A DNA stretch of 42,498 nt, taken from contig JANRCF010000035.1 of assembly GCA_030727085.1 (NCBI GenBank), positions 3,820-46,317 of the forward strand, in the 5' to 3' direction. The number at the start of each line of letters is the position of its first letter. Within the stretch, counting starts at the first letter, position 1. The stretch comes from Alphaproteobacteria bacterium. GTDB lineage: Bacteria; Pseudomonadota; Alphaproteobacteria; Paracaedibacterales; CAIOTO01. Positions 17,268 through 26,741 of this stretch are shown piece by piece. The notes below the pieces were generated by a model, which was given only the letters and a program-made list of their open reading frames with translations, searched no databases and was not told the origin of the DNA. The position numbers and the translations under genes are program-made.

Positions 17268-20200
17268 TTGACTGAAAAAACCTCTTCATCTTCTTCCCCC
17301 CCCTACGACGGTTTCATACATCTTCGAGTGCACTCAGCCTATTCGCTGACCGAAGGGGCTATTTTGATGAAGAGTCTGCCAAAGCTGTGTCAAAAACAAA
17401 AAATGCCAGCCGTTGCATTGACTGATACGAATAACATGTTTGGTGCGTTGGAATTTTCGATGGCTGCGGCGGATGCGGGGATTCAGCCCATTATTGGCTG
17501 CCAGCTGACGGTTGATTTAAGCGCACATTTTTCAAAAATCACGACGACTCCAGCGTCGATGGTTTTCCTTGCTCAAAACGAAGCTGGTTACATGAACCTA
17601 ATGAAACTTGTAAGCCTTGCATATTTTAAGGAACAAGGATTGATTGGGCCGCACATTACAATGGCCGAACTTGCTAAGCATACGGATGGCGTGATTTGTT
17701 TGACGGGGGCGCATGAGGGGTCTCTTGCGCAATTGTTGCAGCTTACATCTGAAGACTCGCGTAAGGAATATGCTGATTCCTTCACAAAAACACTGCTCGA
17801 TCTGTTCCCGAATCGTTTGTATATGGAATTGCAACGCCACGGCATACCGCTTCAACAGCAGTTAGAGCCTGACTTTCTTGATCTTGCGATTCGTTTTGAC
17901 ATACCACTTGTAGCAACGAATAATGTGTTTTTTGGCACACCCGATATGTATGACGCGCATGATGCGCTGCTGTGTATTGCGGCCGGTACCTATGTGGAAC
18001 AAGATCAACGTCGCACCGAAACGCCGCGTCATTATTTTAGGTCGGCGGCCGAGATGAAAGAGGCTTTTGCAGATCTACCTGAGGCGACCCAGAATACAGT
18101 TGTGATCGCGCGTCGTTGTTATTACAGGCCGCTGCCGCGCAAACCTATTTTGCCGAGTTTTCCGACGGTTTCAGGGCGTAGTGAAACGGAAGAAATGTGG
18201 GATCAGTCCCATGCAGGTCTTGAAGTGCGTTTGACAGAGGAAGTTTTTAATCGCTTTCTAACTGAGCAACATGAAGAACTACGTGCGCAATACATAGAAC
18301 GTCTGCGATACGAGCTTGGTATCATTGAACGGATGGGGTTCCCTGGGTACTTTTTGATCGTATCTGACTTCATCAAATGGGCAAAAGATCGAGGAATTCC
18401 TGTGGGGCCAGGCCGTGGTTCAGGGGCGGGCTCGCTTGTCGCATGGTCACTGCTTATTACCGATATGGATCCCATCCGATTTAATCTGCTGTTCGAGCGT
18501 TTCTTGAACCCAGAACGTGTTTCAATGCCTGACTTTGACGTGGACTTTTGCCAAGATCGCCGTGATGAAGTGATCCGTTATGTGTGTGAAAAATACGGTA
18601 TGGATCGCGTGGCGCATATTATCACGTTTGGTAAATTGCAGGCGCGTATCGTGATTCGTGACGTGGGGCGCGTGCTGCAGATGCCGTATGGGCAGATTGA
18701 TCGTATTTGTAAGATGATTCCGAATAATCCGGCGAATCCTATGACACTGGCGCAATCGATCGAACATGAACCGCTTTTAAAACAGCAACGTGATGACGAC
18801 GAAATGGTTGCACGGTTAATGGATATGGGGATGAAGCTTGAGGGCTTATATCGTCACGCATCGACGCATGCGGCGGGTGTTGTGATTGGTGATCGTCCGC
18901 TTGATGAACTGGTGCCGCTATATCGCGATGAAAAGTCTGACTTGGCTGTGACGCAGTTCAATATGAAATATGTTGAAACAGCCGGGCTGGTGAAGTTCGA
19001 CTTTTTGGGGCTTAAGACGCTGACCGTCGTTGAATCATGCTGCCAATTGGTGAGAAACCTAACGGGCAAAGATTTCCGCATTCATACCATTCCATTGGAT
19101 GATCCGGCTACGTTTGCGCTGCTGTGCCGTGTTGAGGCTGTCGGCATATTCCAGCTTGAAAGTGCTGGTATGCGTGATGTGTTGCGGAAACTTCAGCCTG
19201 ACCGATTTGAAGATTTAATCGCGCTTGTGGCGCTCTATCGTCCAGGGCCCATGGATGATATTCCGCGCTATCTTGCATGTAAGCATGGCGAGGAAGCCGT
19301 TACATACTTGCACCCGCTGTTGAAAGATATTCTAGAGCCAACCTATGGCGTTATGGTTTACCAAGAACAAGTTATGCAGATCGCACAGGTCTTGGGTGGC
19401 TATACACTTGGTGCCGCTGACTTGCTACGTCGTGCAATGGGTAAGAAAATTAAGTCCGAAATGGATGCGCAGCGTGCCTTATTTACTGAAGGCGCCATTA
19501 AAAATGGTATTAAACCGAATATTGCGTCACAGATTTTCGATCAAATGGCAAAGTTCGCAGGGTACGGTTTTAACAAGTCGCACTCGGCGCCATATGCGTT
19601 GTTGGCTTACCAAACGGCGTATTTAAAAGCCAATTATCCGCTGCAATTTTTTGCAGCAACCATGACATTAGATATGCACAATACCGATAAACTGAATGTA
19701 TATCGTCAAGACCTTGATCGCCAAGAAATCCCCTTGTTGCCCCCAAGTGTGAATGAATCTGATGTGACTTTCACGGTTGAAGGTCATGGTATCAGGTATG
19801 CGCTGGCTGGGCTTAAAGGGGTAGGGGCGCAGGCGATGGAATCACTTGTTGCAGAGCGTACTAAAAATGGTGCATTCAAAAATTTACGTGATTTTGCAAC
19901 GCGCATTGACCCTGGCGTTATCAACAAACGGCAGCTTGAAAATATGGTAAACGCGGGCGCTTTTGATTGTTTGCATAATAATCGCCGGCAATTAAGTGAA
20001 GGCTTAGAGGCGTTACTTGGGATTTCTCAGCAAATACGATCTGAAAAATCAAGTAAACAACGCATGTTGTTTGGCAGCACAGCCACTGAAACCGAAAAAG
20101 ATGTGCCGCTACCAAATGTGATGGAATGGACACCGCTTGATCGTTTGCAAAAGGAATTCGATGCGATTGGGTTTTACTTAAGCGCACATCCTCTTGATAT

Positions 20201-20735
20201 GTATAAAGATGTGCTTGATCAATTAGGTGTTGTGAAGTCATGTGATTTGCTTGAGCGTGCAACGAGCAGCAATCAAACTGTCGCACTTGCAGGGATTATC
20301 TTAACGAAGCAAGAACGTACATCCAAAAAAGGCGATCGATTTGCCTTTGTGTCATTGACCGATTTGACAGGCGTGTTTGAGGTTGCATTTTTTTCAGAAG
20401 CCTTTGCATCGGTGCGTGATAAGTTGATTCCAGGGCAAGCAGTATATGTAACTGGGAATTTACGTGCGGACGGTGATGAAAGTTTTAGGCTAACGGGGAA
20501 CGGGCTGGAACCGTTAGATAACAAGGCTAAAGTTGATTCGTTGGAGCTATCTATTGACCCTAAACGGGCGAATGTCGCGCACCTTGGCGAGATAGTGCAG
20601 GGCCTTAGAAAGGGTCGAACAGTGCTTCATTTTTTGGTGCCGGTTGCAGGGATTGGTACGATTAAGGTGACACTTTCCGGTGGGTATGACGTAACGCCAA
20701 ATCAAAAAGCGACGCTGCTGCAAGTGTGTGGGTGA
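17268..20735 (+). CDS. dnaE: DNA polymerase III subunit alpha
   Basis: 1155 aa with an apparent TTG start. PHP domain FIHLRVHSAYSLTEG, polymerase core (GPGRGSGAGSLVAWSLLITDMDP, PDFDVDF, FQLES, ALYRPGP, FNKSHSAPYAL) and a C-terminal OB region. Confidence 0.97.
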   Translation: MTEKTSSSSSPPYDGFIHLRVHSAYSLTEGAILMKSLPKLCQKQKMPAVALTDTNNMFGALEFSMAAADAGIQPIIGCQLTVDLSAHFSKITTTPASMVFLAQNEAGYMNLMKLVSLAYFKEQGLIGPHITMAELAKHTDGVICLTGAHEGSLAQLLQLTSEDSRKEYADSFTKTLLDLFPNRLYMELQRHGIPLQQQLEPDFLDLAIRFDIPLVATNNVFFGTPDMYDAHDALLCIAAGTYVEQDQRRTETPRHYFRSAAEMKEAFADLPEATQNTVVIARRCYYRPLPRKPILPSFPTVSGRSETEEMWDQSHAGLEVRLTEEVFNRFLTEQHEELRAQYIERLRYELGIIERMGFPGYFLIVSDFIKWAKDRGIPVGPGRGSGAGSLVAWSLLITDMDPIRFNLLFERFLNPERVSMPDFDVDFCQDRRDEVIRYVCEKYGMDRVAHIITFGKLQARIVIRDVGRVLQMPYGQIDRICKMIPNNPANPMTLAQSIEHEPLLKQQRDDDEMVARLMDMGMKLEGLYRHASTHAAGVVIGDRPLDELVPLYRDEKSDLAVTQFNMKYVETAGLVKFDFLGLKTLTVVESCCQLVRNLTGKDFRIHTIPLDDPATFALLCRVEAVGIFQLESAGMRDVLRKLQPDRFEDLIALVALYRPGPMDDIPRYLACKHGEEAVTYLHPLLKDILEPTYGVMVYQEQVMQIAQVLGGYTLGAADLLRRAMGKKIKSEMDAQRALFTEGAIKNGIKPNIASQIFDQMAKFAGYGFNKSHSAPYALLAYQTAYLKANYPLQFFAATMTLDMHNTDKLNVYRQDLDRQEIPLLPPSVNESDVTFTVEGHGIRYALAGLKGVGAQAMESLVAERTKNGAFKNLRDFATRIDPGVINKRQLENMVNAGAFDCLHNNRRQLSEGLEALLGISQQIRSEKSSKQRMLFGSTATETEKDVPLPNVMEWTPLDRLQKEFDAIGFYLSAHPLDMYKDVLDQLGVVKSCDLLERATSSNQTVALAGIILTKQERTSKKGDRFAFVSLTDLTGVFEVAFFSEAFASVRDKLIPGQAVYVTGNLRADGDESFRLTGNGLEPLDNKAKVDSLELSIDPKRANVAHLGEIVQGLRKGRTVLHFLVPVAGIGTIKVTLSGGYDVTPNQKATLLQVCG
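20695..20735. repeat. 41-bp direct repeat copy 1 (last 13 codons plus stop of dnaE)
   Basis: The sequence cgccaaatcaaaaagcgacgctgctgcaagtgtgtgggtga recurs at 21746..21786 with a single mismatch. Confidence 0.95.
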
Positions 20736-20744
20736 GAAATATTT

Positions 20745-21740
20745 ATGATGAACGAAAGTGAAATCCTTCTTTATACGACAAAAGAAGGTAATGTAAAAGT
20801 TGATGTGATTTATGGCGATCAGACGATTTGGCTGAGTCAAAAGAAAATGGCATTGCTTTTTGGGGTGGATATCAGAACCATTAGTGAGCATTTTCAGAAC
20901 ATATTTAATAGTGGTGAATTGCTTAAAGATTCAGTTATCCGGAATTTCCGGAATACTGCAACAGATGGCAAAAACTACACCACTCAATTTTACAATTTGG
21001 ATGCCATTATTGCAGTTGGTTATCGTGTTAATTCAAAGCAAGCAACGGAATTTAGAATTTGGGCAACCAATATCTTAAAAGAATTTATCATCAAAGGTTT
21101 TGTTCTTGATTCAGACAGACTTAAAAATGGTGCTAAATTTGGCCACGATTATTTTGATGAATTGCTTGAAAAGATCAGAGAGATCAGGGCCTCTGAACGA
21201 CGATTCTATCAGAAAATAACGGATATTTATGCTGAATGTTCTGCAGATTATGATCCGGCTAGTAGTGTCACAAAGGAATTCTACGCTAAAGTTCAAAATA
21301 AATTGCATTTCGCGATTCATGGGCATACTGCTGCCGAGCTAATTCATGAGCGTGTTAATCATATAAAGCCATTTATGGGGCTAACAACATGGAAGAATGC
21401 GCCAAATGAGAAGATACTAAAATCAGATGTAAGCGTTGCAAAAAATTATTTGTCAGGGGAAGAGATCAAAGAATTAAACCATATTGTGACAATGTATCTT
21501 GATTATGCAGAGCTTCAGGCATCAAAGCAGAAATTAATGCGCATGGATGATTGGGTTGTGAAATTAGATGCATTTCTGTCATTTAACGATTACAGCATTT
21601 TAGCTCATGCTGGCAAGATTAGTGCAGAGATTGCAAAGGCCCTTGCCGAAGAAGAATTTGATAAGTACAGAGTTATTCAAGATCAGTTGTATCAATCTGA
21701 TTTTGATAAACTTATTGGTGAAGTTAAGCAGAAGAGTTAG
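20745..21740 (+). CDS. rhuM: RhuM family virulence/DNA-binding protein
   Basis: 331 aa. The N-terminal block ILLYTTKEGNVKVDVIYGDQTIWLSQKKMALLFGVDIRTISEHFQNIF...YNLDAIIAVGYRVNSKQATEFRIWATNILKEFIIKGFVLDSDRLKNG is the hallmark of the RhuM family. AT-rich (33% GC at 21001..21060, against 57% in dnaE at 18421..18480). Confidence 0.8.
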   Translation: MMNESEILLYTTKEGNVKVDVIYGDQTIWLSQKKMALLFGVDIRTISEHFQNIFNSGELLKDSVIRNFRNTATDGKNYTTQFYNLDAIIAVGYRVNSKQATEFRIWATNILKEFIIKGFVLDSDRLKNGAKFGHDYFDELLEKIREIRASERRFYQKITDIYAECSADYDPASSVTKEFYAKVQNKLHFAIHGHTAAELIHERVNHIKPFMGLTTWKNAPNEKILKSDVSVAKNYLSGEEIKELNHIVTMYLDYAELQASKQKLMRMDDWVVKLDAFLSFNDYSILAHAGKISAEIAKALAEEEFDKYRVIQDQLYQSDFDKLIGEVKQKS

Positions 21741-21745
21741 AGTGG

Positions 21746-21786
21746 CGCCGAATCAAAAAGCGACGCTGCTGCAAGTGTGTGGGTGA
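21746..21786. repeat. 41-bp direct repeat copy 2 (orphan copy of the dnaE 3' end)
   Basis: cgccgaatcaaaaagcgacgctgctgcaagtgtgtgggtga matches 20695..20735 at 40/41 positions. It begins 5 nt after the rhuM stop. Confidence 0.95.
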
Positions 21787-22034
21787 TTTGTTTTATAGCA
21801 ATTCTAAGTTGGAATTGAATGCCTATAGCAAGATCATTCCTTCCATCTTTGCTTTTAGCCACGCCGAGACAAGCTGCGATGGCGAATTCATGAGCAGTTT
21901 ATGAGTGAATCGTTATATATAAGCTCTTCATTACGAATGTCACACGACTCACTCCTCATCAAAAAACTAGACAAACACAGTTCTTCTTTGTAACTTAGCT
22001 ACACACCCATTCTTAAAAAGAGAAAACAAATATC

Positions 22035-22709
22035 ATGGGAGAAAACCACCCAGTGAAAAGCTCGGCTTTTAGACTTTATGGTCGGCAAAAAACACGTGCG
22101 CTCAATGATCGACAATGTGAGTTGATGGAACAATTATTGCCTAATCTTGATGTATCAATTTCCGATTTATCTAAGAAAGAAGGCTCTGTTCTTGAAATAG
22201 GTTTTGGGTTTGGTGAACACTTAGCACATATCGCAGAAAAAAGCCCAGATACATTCCATATCGGCTTTGAACCCTTTACCAACGGTGTCGCATCACTATT
22301 ACAGCATATAGATGACAAAGAACTTAGAAATATCAATCTTCATCAAGGCGATGTACGTCACTTTTTTCCTGAAATGCCAGATCAATTATTTTCAAGCATT
22401 TATTTGCTATATCCAGATCCATGGCCTAAAAAACGCCATTTCAAACGTCGTTTCATACAAAAAGAAACGCTTGCAACAATGCATCGCTTGCTTGCCCCCA
22501 AGGGAACACTTTATGTTGCCAGTGATCATGACACCTATCAAGCTTGGATAGAAGAACATATACAAGCCATTGAAGCCGCTAAAACGTTTGAATGGACAAA
22601 CAAACCAACAAAAGATATAGCATGGGCTGGCTGGATCAGAACGCGCTATGAAGAAAAAGCCTTTCGTGAAGGGCGCACTCCGCGCTATTATGTGCTCACA
22701 AAGAAATAA
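22035..22709 (+). CDS. trmB: tRNA (guanine-N7)-methyltransferase
   Basis: 224 aa. Shows [10 protein letters not shown] (the SAM motif) and [20 protein letters not shown], the TrmB signature. Confidence 0.93.
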   Translation: MGENHPVKSSAFRLYGRQKTRALNDRQCELMEQLLPNLDVSISDLSKKEGSVLEIGFGFGEHLAHIAEKSPDTFHIGFEPFTNGVASLLQHIDDKELRNINLHQGDVRHFFPEMPDQLFSSIYLLYPDPWPKKRHFKRRFIQKETLATMHRLLAPKGTLYVASDHDTYQAWIEEHIQAIEAAKTFEWTNKPTKDIAWAGWIRTRYEEKAFREGRTPRYYVLTKK

Positions 22710-22738
22710 CGCTTGATAAAATAGTAAAAAGGACATTT

Positions 22739-23266
22739 ATGGACATCTCTAAAATACCCGCTGGTAAGAATACTCCATGGGATATCAATGTTATTATTGA
22801 AATTCCACAAGGTGAGGCAAAAATTAAATATGAATTTGACAAAGATTCAGGCGCAATTTTCGTTGATCGTTTCTTAAAAACACCCATGTATTATCCTGCG
22901 AATTATGGATTTATCCCGCATACGCTGGCAGATGATGGTGACCCGCTTGATGTATTCGTTGTTGGTGAAAGCCCTATCGTGCCAGGTGCTGTGATTCGTG
23001 TGCGCCCAATCGGTGTGATGGTTATGGAAGATGAAAAAGGTATGGATGAAAAGGTTATCGCTGTTCCTGTTGACTCGCTGAATCCATTTTATGGCTCGGT
23101 CAAAGATATAAAAGATTTGCCAGAAATCATATGTAAGCAAATCACACACTTCTTTACGCACTACAAAGACTTTGAAGAAGGCAAATGGGTTAAAATAAAA
23201 TCGTGGGAAAATGCAGAAACAGCTGCAAAAATTATTGAACAGACGATAGAGAACGCGAAGAAGTAG
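22739..23266 (+). CDS. ppa: Inorganic pyrophosphatase (family I)
   Basis: 175 aa. Shows IIEIPQG...[32 protein letters not shown] and DEKVIAVP, the canonical family I PPase blocks. Confidence 0.95.
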   Translation: MDISKIPAGKNTPWDINVIIEIPQGEAKIKYEFDKDSGAIFVDRFLKTPMYYPANYGFIPHTLADDGDPLDVFVVGESPIVPGAVIRVRPIGVMVMEDEKGMDEKVIAVPVDSLNPFYGSVKDIKDLPEIICKQITHFFTHYKDFEEGKWVKIKSWENAETAAKIIEQTIENAKK

Positions 23267-23275
23267 AAAGCTTAT

Positions 23276-23393
23276 ACCGTCATTGCGCTGCGCCAGGCCG
23301 TAGCTTTAGCAAAAAATGGAGCCTAGCAGACGTGGTTAATCTAGATATCTTATCTATGAATGGTCACGTCTCTGCAAGGCCTGCCGCGACGGT
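23276..23393. repeat. Imperfect nested palindromic intergenic element
   Basis: Four complementary block pairs are nested: accgtc (23276) with gacggt (23388), caggcc with ggcctg, agacgtg (23328) with cacgtct (23365), and tagata (23342) with tatcta (23351). The spacers between blocks are unequal in the two arms. Confidence 0.4.
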
Positions 23394-23413
23394 CCATGCA
23401 GTAAAGGATATTT

Positions 23414-23701
23414 ATGTTTCCTACCTATAAACATCACATTTTTATATGTCAAAACGAACGTGCTAATGGGCATGCAAGGGGTTGCTGCGCGTCAAAGGGA
23501 TCAATTGACCTGCTTACTTATATGAAAGAGCGCATCAAAGAATTAGGCCTTAAAGATATACGTGTTAACAAGGCTGGCTGCTTTAATGAATGTGAAAAGG
23601 GCCCCATCATGGTCGTTTATCCAGAAGGAAAATGGTTTTGCGTAAAAAGCAAAAGCGATGTTGATGGGATATTGGAGCAGATACAAGAAAACGCGATATA
23701 A
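23414..23701 (+). CDS. Thioredoxin-like (2Fe-2S) ferredoxin domain protein
   Basis: 95 aa. Cys pattern HIFICQNERANGHARGCC ... AGCFNECEKGPIMVVYPEG, typical of the 2Fe-2S thioredoxin-like ferredoxin family. Confidence 0.8.
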   Translation: MFPTYKHHIFICQNERANGHARGCCASKGSIDLLTYMKERIKELGLKDIRVNKAGCFNECEKGPIMVVYPEGKWFCVKSKSDVDGILEQIQENAI

Positions 23702-23803
23702 TCAACATGATTATTTCAACTTATCCTCTTAGAAACTCAGGTATTATTCTCTTCTTTTTTCTGTTAATATTTTTGAAAACTGCAGTGTTTATATAAGAAT
23801 CCC

Positions 23804-25603
23804 ATGAAAAATTCAGCCACCTTACCAAGAACAATCGCACCATTTGTATGGCATTTTCTCAAACCGTACAAAATTTATATGATTGGTTTCGTCGCGTGCG
23901 CTGTGGTGTCCGGCTTATTTACTATTATTTTTTCAACCTTGCTTAAAATTATTATTGATACAATAGACACCACTACTAGCGCATCGCAGCACAGCATCCC
24001 TCTGCTGCAGTTGCTTTTTTGGCCAAGCATAGGATTCATCATTAATTTTGAAATTCACAACACAATGTGGCGTCTCATGAATTGCATTAATTATAAAATT
24101 CAGCCTCTCATCAAAAATAACATTATTCAAGAAACCTTTAATTATGTAACTCGCCACTCACATCAATTTTTTCAAGATCAAATGGCGGGCAAGCTTTCTA
24201 ATAATGTCACGATTTTAGCGAATAGCATTGAACGTGCTGTACATGATTTATCCCGGCATATCATTCGTGGGGCTGTCATGGTGTGTGCTACTTTTATAAC
24301 GTTATACCTTGTGCATCCTGATTTTTTTTGGTGCTTTCTCATTTGGGCCGTCTTGTTTGGAATAGGTAGCTTTTGGGCTTCACAGAAAAGCATTTCGCTT
24401 GTTGATCATTTAGCGTCCACAGAGTCAGCTGTATCAGGAAATCTTGTAGATAGCATTAGCAACATCCAGAATATTCGTTACTTTTCTATGTTTAATTTTG
24501 AATCATCGTATCTTTTGAAAACGCTGTCGTTAATGAGGCTAGCTTTTCGGAAAAAAGAAAAATTTATGATTATTTATTGGAGTTTTCAAGGAATATCCCA
24601 AACGGCGATGTTAGCTGTTATGGCCTATTTATTGATAAATCTGCGACAAAAAGGTCTTGTAAGCGCCGGTGATTTTGCTCTCATTTTAACACTTTGTACC
24701 GAGGTTGGGTTCATTGTTTGGTGGACGATGGAGCAAATTGATAACTTGAATGATACCATTGGAAAATGCAATCAAAGTTTACGTGCTCTTTTTGCGCCAC
24801 TTGAAATCACAGATACACAAAATGCAAATGAGCTAATAATTACTCATGGGAAAATTCAATTTAAAGATGTTTTTTTTCATTATAAAAATACAAAAGCTCT
24901 TTTTGAAAACCAATCAATCACAATTGAACCAGGACAAAAGGTTGGACTTGTTGGCTATTCGGGTAGTGGAAAATCAACATTCGTCAACCTAATCTTGCGT
25001 CTTTATGACATTAACAACGGATATATTTTAATTGATGGACAAGATATAGCAACCGTCACACAAGATTCTTTACGCGCACATATCGGTATGATCCCTCAAG
25101 ATTCATCGTTATTTCACCGCACGCTCATGGAAAATATACGATATGGCAGAGTTGGTGCTACTGAAGATGAGGTCATTGATGCGACTAAACGCGCACATGC
25201 ACACGATTTTATAGAACAGCTTCCTGAAGGATATGCATCCCTTGTGGGCGAGCGCGGCATCAAGCTTTCAGGCGGGCAGCGCCAACGTATTGCCATCGCA
25301 CGCGCAATGCTAAAAAATGCGCCAATTCTAATTTTAGATGAGGCTACATCAGCACTGGATTCTGTGACTGAACATTTAATTCAAGTAGCAATTACTGAGT
25401 TGATGCGCGGCAAGACGAGCCTTGTTATTGCACACCGTTTATCAACATTACTACACATGGATCGGATTTTAGTATTTGATCAAGGTAAAATAGTACAAGA
25501 TGGCACGCATGATGAGCTGCTCGGCAAACCGGGAATGTATAAGACACTATGGGATGCGCAGGTTGGTGGATTCTTAGGAGATGGCGAGACTGTTTCTAAT
25601 TAA
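23804..25603 (+). CDS. ABC transporter permease/ATP-binding fusion (MsbA-like type I exporter)
   Basis: 599 aa. The N-terminal half is a six-TM exporter domain. The C-terminal NBD has GYSGSGKST, LSGGQRQRIAIARA, ILILDEATSALD and AHRLST. Confidence 0.9.
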   Translation: MKNSATLPRTIAPFVWHFLKPYKIYMIGFVACAVVSGLFTIIFSTLLKIIIDTIDTTTSASQHSIPLLQLLFWPSIGFIINFEIHNTMWRLMNCINYKIQPLIKNNIIQETFNYVTRHSHQFFQDQMAGKLSNNVTILANSIERAVHDLSRHIIRGAVMVCATFITLYLVHPDFFWCFLIWAVLFGIGSFWASQKSISLVDHLASTESAVSGNLVDSISNIQNIRYFSMFNFESSYLLKTLSLMRLAFRKKEKFMIIYWSFQGISQTAMLAVMAYLLINLRQKGLVSAGDFALILTLCTEVGFIVWWTMEQIDNLNDTIGKCNQSLRALFAPLEITDTQNANELIITHGKIQFKDVFFHYKNTKALFENQSITIEPGQKVGLVGYSGSGKSTFVNLILRLYDINNGYILIDGQDIATVTQDSLRAHIGMIPQDSSLFHRTLMENIRYGRVGATEDEVIDATKRAHAHDFIEQLPEGYASLVGERGIKLSGGQRQRIAIARAMLKNAPILILDEATSALDSVTEHLIQVAITELMRGKTSLVIAHRLSTLLHMDRILVFDQGKIVQDGTHDELLGKPGMYKTLWDAQVGGFLGDGETVSN

Positions 25604-25655
25604 GTGAGTAGAAAGAAAAGGATGTAATTTCTTATCACACCCTCTACTCCTCATG

Positions 25656-26711
25656 TTAAGACGGATAAACACCTGTTTTTTCTTTATACAAACAAATTTC
25701 ATAAAAAATTCGCGCTAAATTATCAAGCAGCATTGCAAGTTTTTTAGAATCAGGATAAGCATCACGTTCGGAGTCGCGTAACGCAGGAGCACAAACGTCA
25801 ACATAACCTTCAAAGCCGTATTGATAGGCCACACGTTTTAAAATCAAATACTGATAAAGTGCAAAAATATGAGAGGATACAGCTAGTACTTTTTGATCTT
25901 TGGATAAAGACTTCTGTTTGAAGAATAATGCCAACGTGCTTTCAGTTGTTGCCCGCATTCCAATTGGGTGCGCATCATCAATAATAATTACTGGTAATTT
26001 CATAAACGCTGATTCTTTTTTAGATTGATTATAAACCCATTCAAGACCGACCTTTTCTGAATCAGCCTTTAATATGTTTAATGCCTCTATTGATCCATTT
26101 TTAGTAAGCATTTCTTTTTCAACGTTATTAAAAGAACGTTTTCCCGTCAGAATATATATAGTTGATAAATCTGATTTAATTTTATTTTTATTAATTAATG
26201 TATTTAGAAAGTTTATTCGAGACTGAAAATCCCCTATGGTTGAGCCTAATAAAAGAATTGATGAGAAGGTGGAAGATGCTGGATATGCCGCAGCTCCCAT
26301 ATTTAAGCCCTTTATATTATCTACTTTTGGCGACAAAATAAGATCTAGCAACCTTTGAATGTTATTTGCCTTTCCATCATACGCCATATCCCAACGCTCT
26401 ACTCCTGGCTTTGCAAACCATGCATACTTTGGATAACGAGGATCTTTTCCTTGAATAAGATTTTTAACATTTTTACAATGTGGTGAATCAAGTTCAGCCA
26501 TCATTGCAGGCCAATTTTCTTTCGCAGGCATTCCTTTTATACGAACACCTGACTGCCCCAAAATCTCAATAACTGTATCTGTTACCATTCCATCAGCATG
26601 GATCAAATCACTAATTTGCGTAGAAAGTGGCTGTGATTCGTTTTTGTTTTCCTTGCATGAAACAGCAAAAACAACAGCAACAAGAAATATATATTTTTTA
26701 ATTAGCGACAT
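25656..26711 (-). CDS. Lipoprotein with a possible DUF218/YdcF-ElyC-like domain
   Basis: 351 aa with a lipobox-like N-terminus MSLIKKYIFLVAVVFAVSC. ILLLGST..DFQSRINFL...IYILTGKR, ...MRATTESTLALFF... and KVLAVSSHIFALYQYLILKR resemble the DUF218 pattern (vvLG..R...sG / nT.eNa / lVTs.fHm.Ra). The domain call is tentative. The gene is very AT-rich and lies 30 nt downstream of tamB. Confidence 0.5.
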   Translation of the reverse strand: MSLIKKYIFLVAVVFAVSCKENKNESQPLSTQISDLIHADGMVTDTVIEILGQSGVRIKGMPAKENWPAMMAELDSPHCKNVKNLIQGKDPRYPKYAWFAKPGVERWDMAYDGKANNIQRLLDLILSPKVDNIKGLNMGAAAYPASSTFSSILLLGSTIGDFQSRINFLNTLINKNKIKSDLSTIYILTGKRSFNNVEKEMLTKNGSIEALNILKADSEKVGLEWVYNQSKKESAFMKLPVIIIDDAHPIGMRATTESTLALFFKQKSLSKDQKVLAVSSHIFALYQYLILKRVAYQYGFEGYVDVCAPALRDSERDAYPDSKKLAMLLDNLARIFYEICLYKEKTGVYPS

Positions 26712-26741
26712 TTTTCTTTCCTTAAACTATTTATAGAATTC

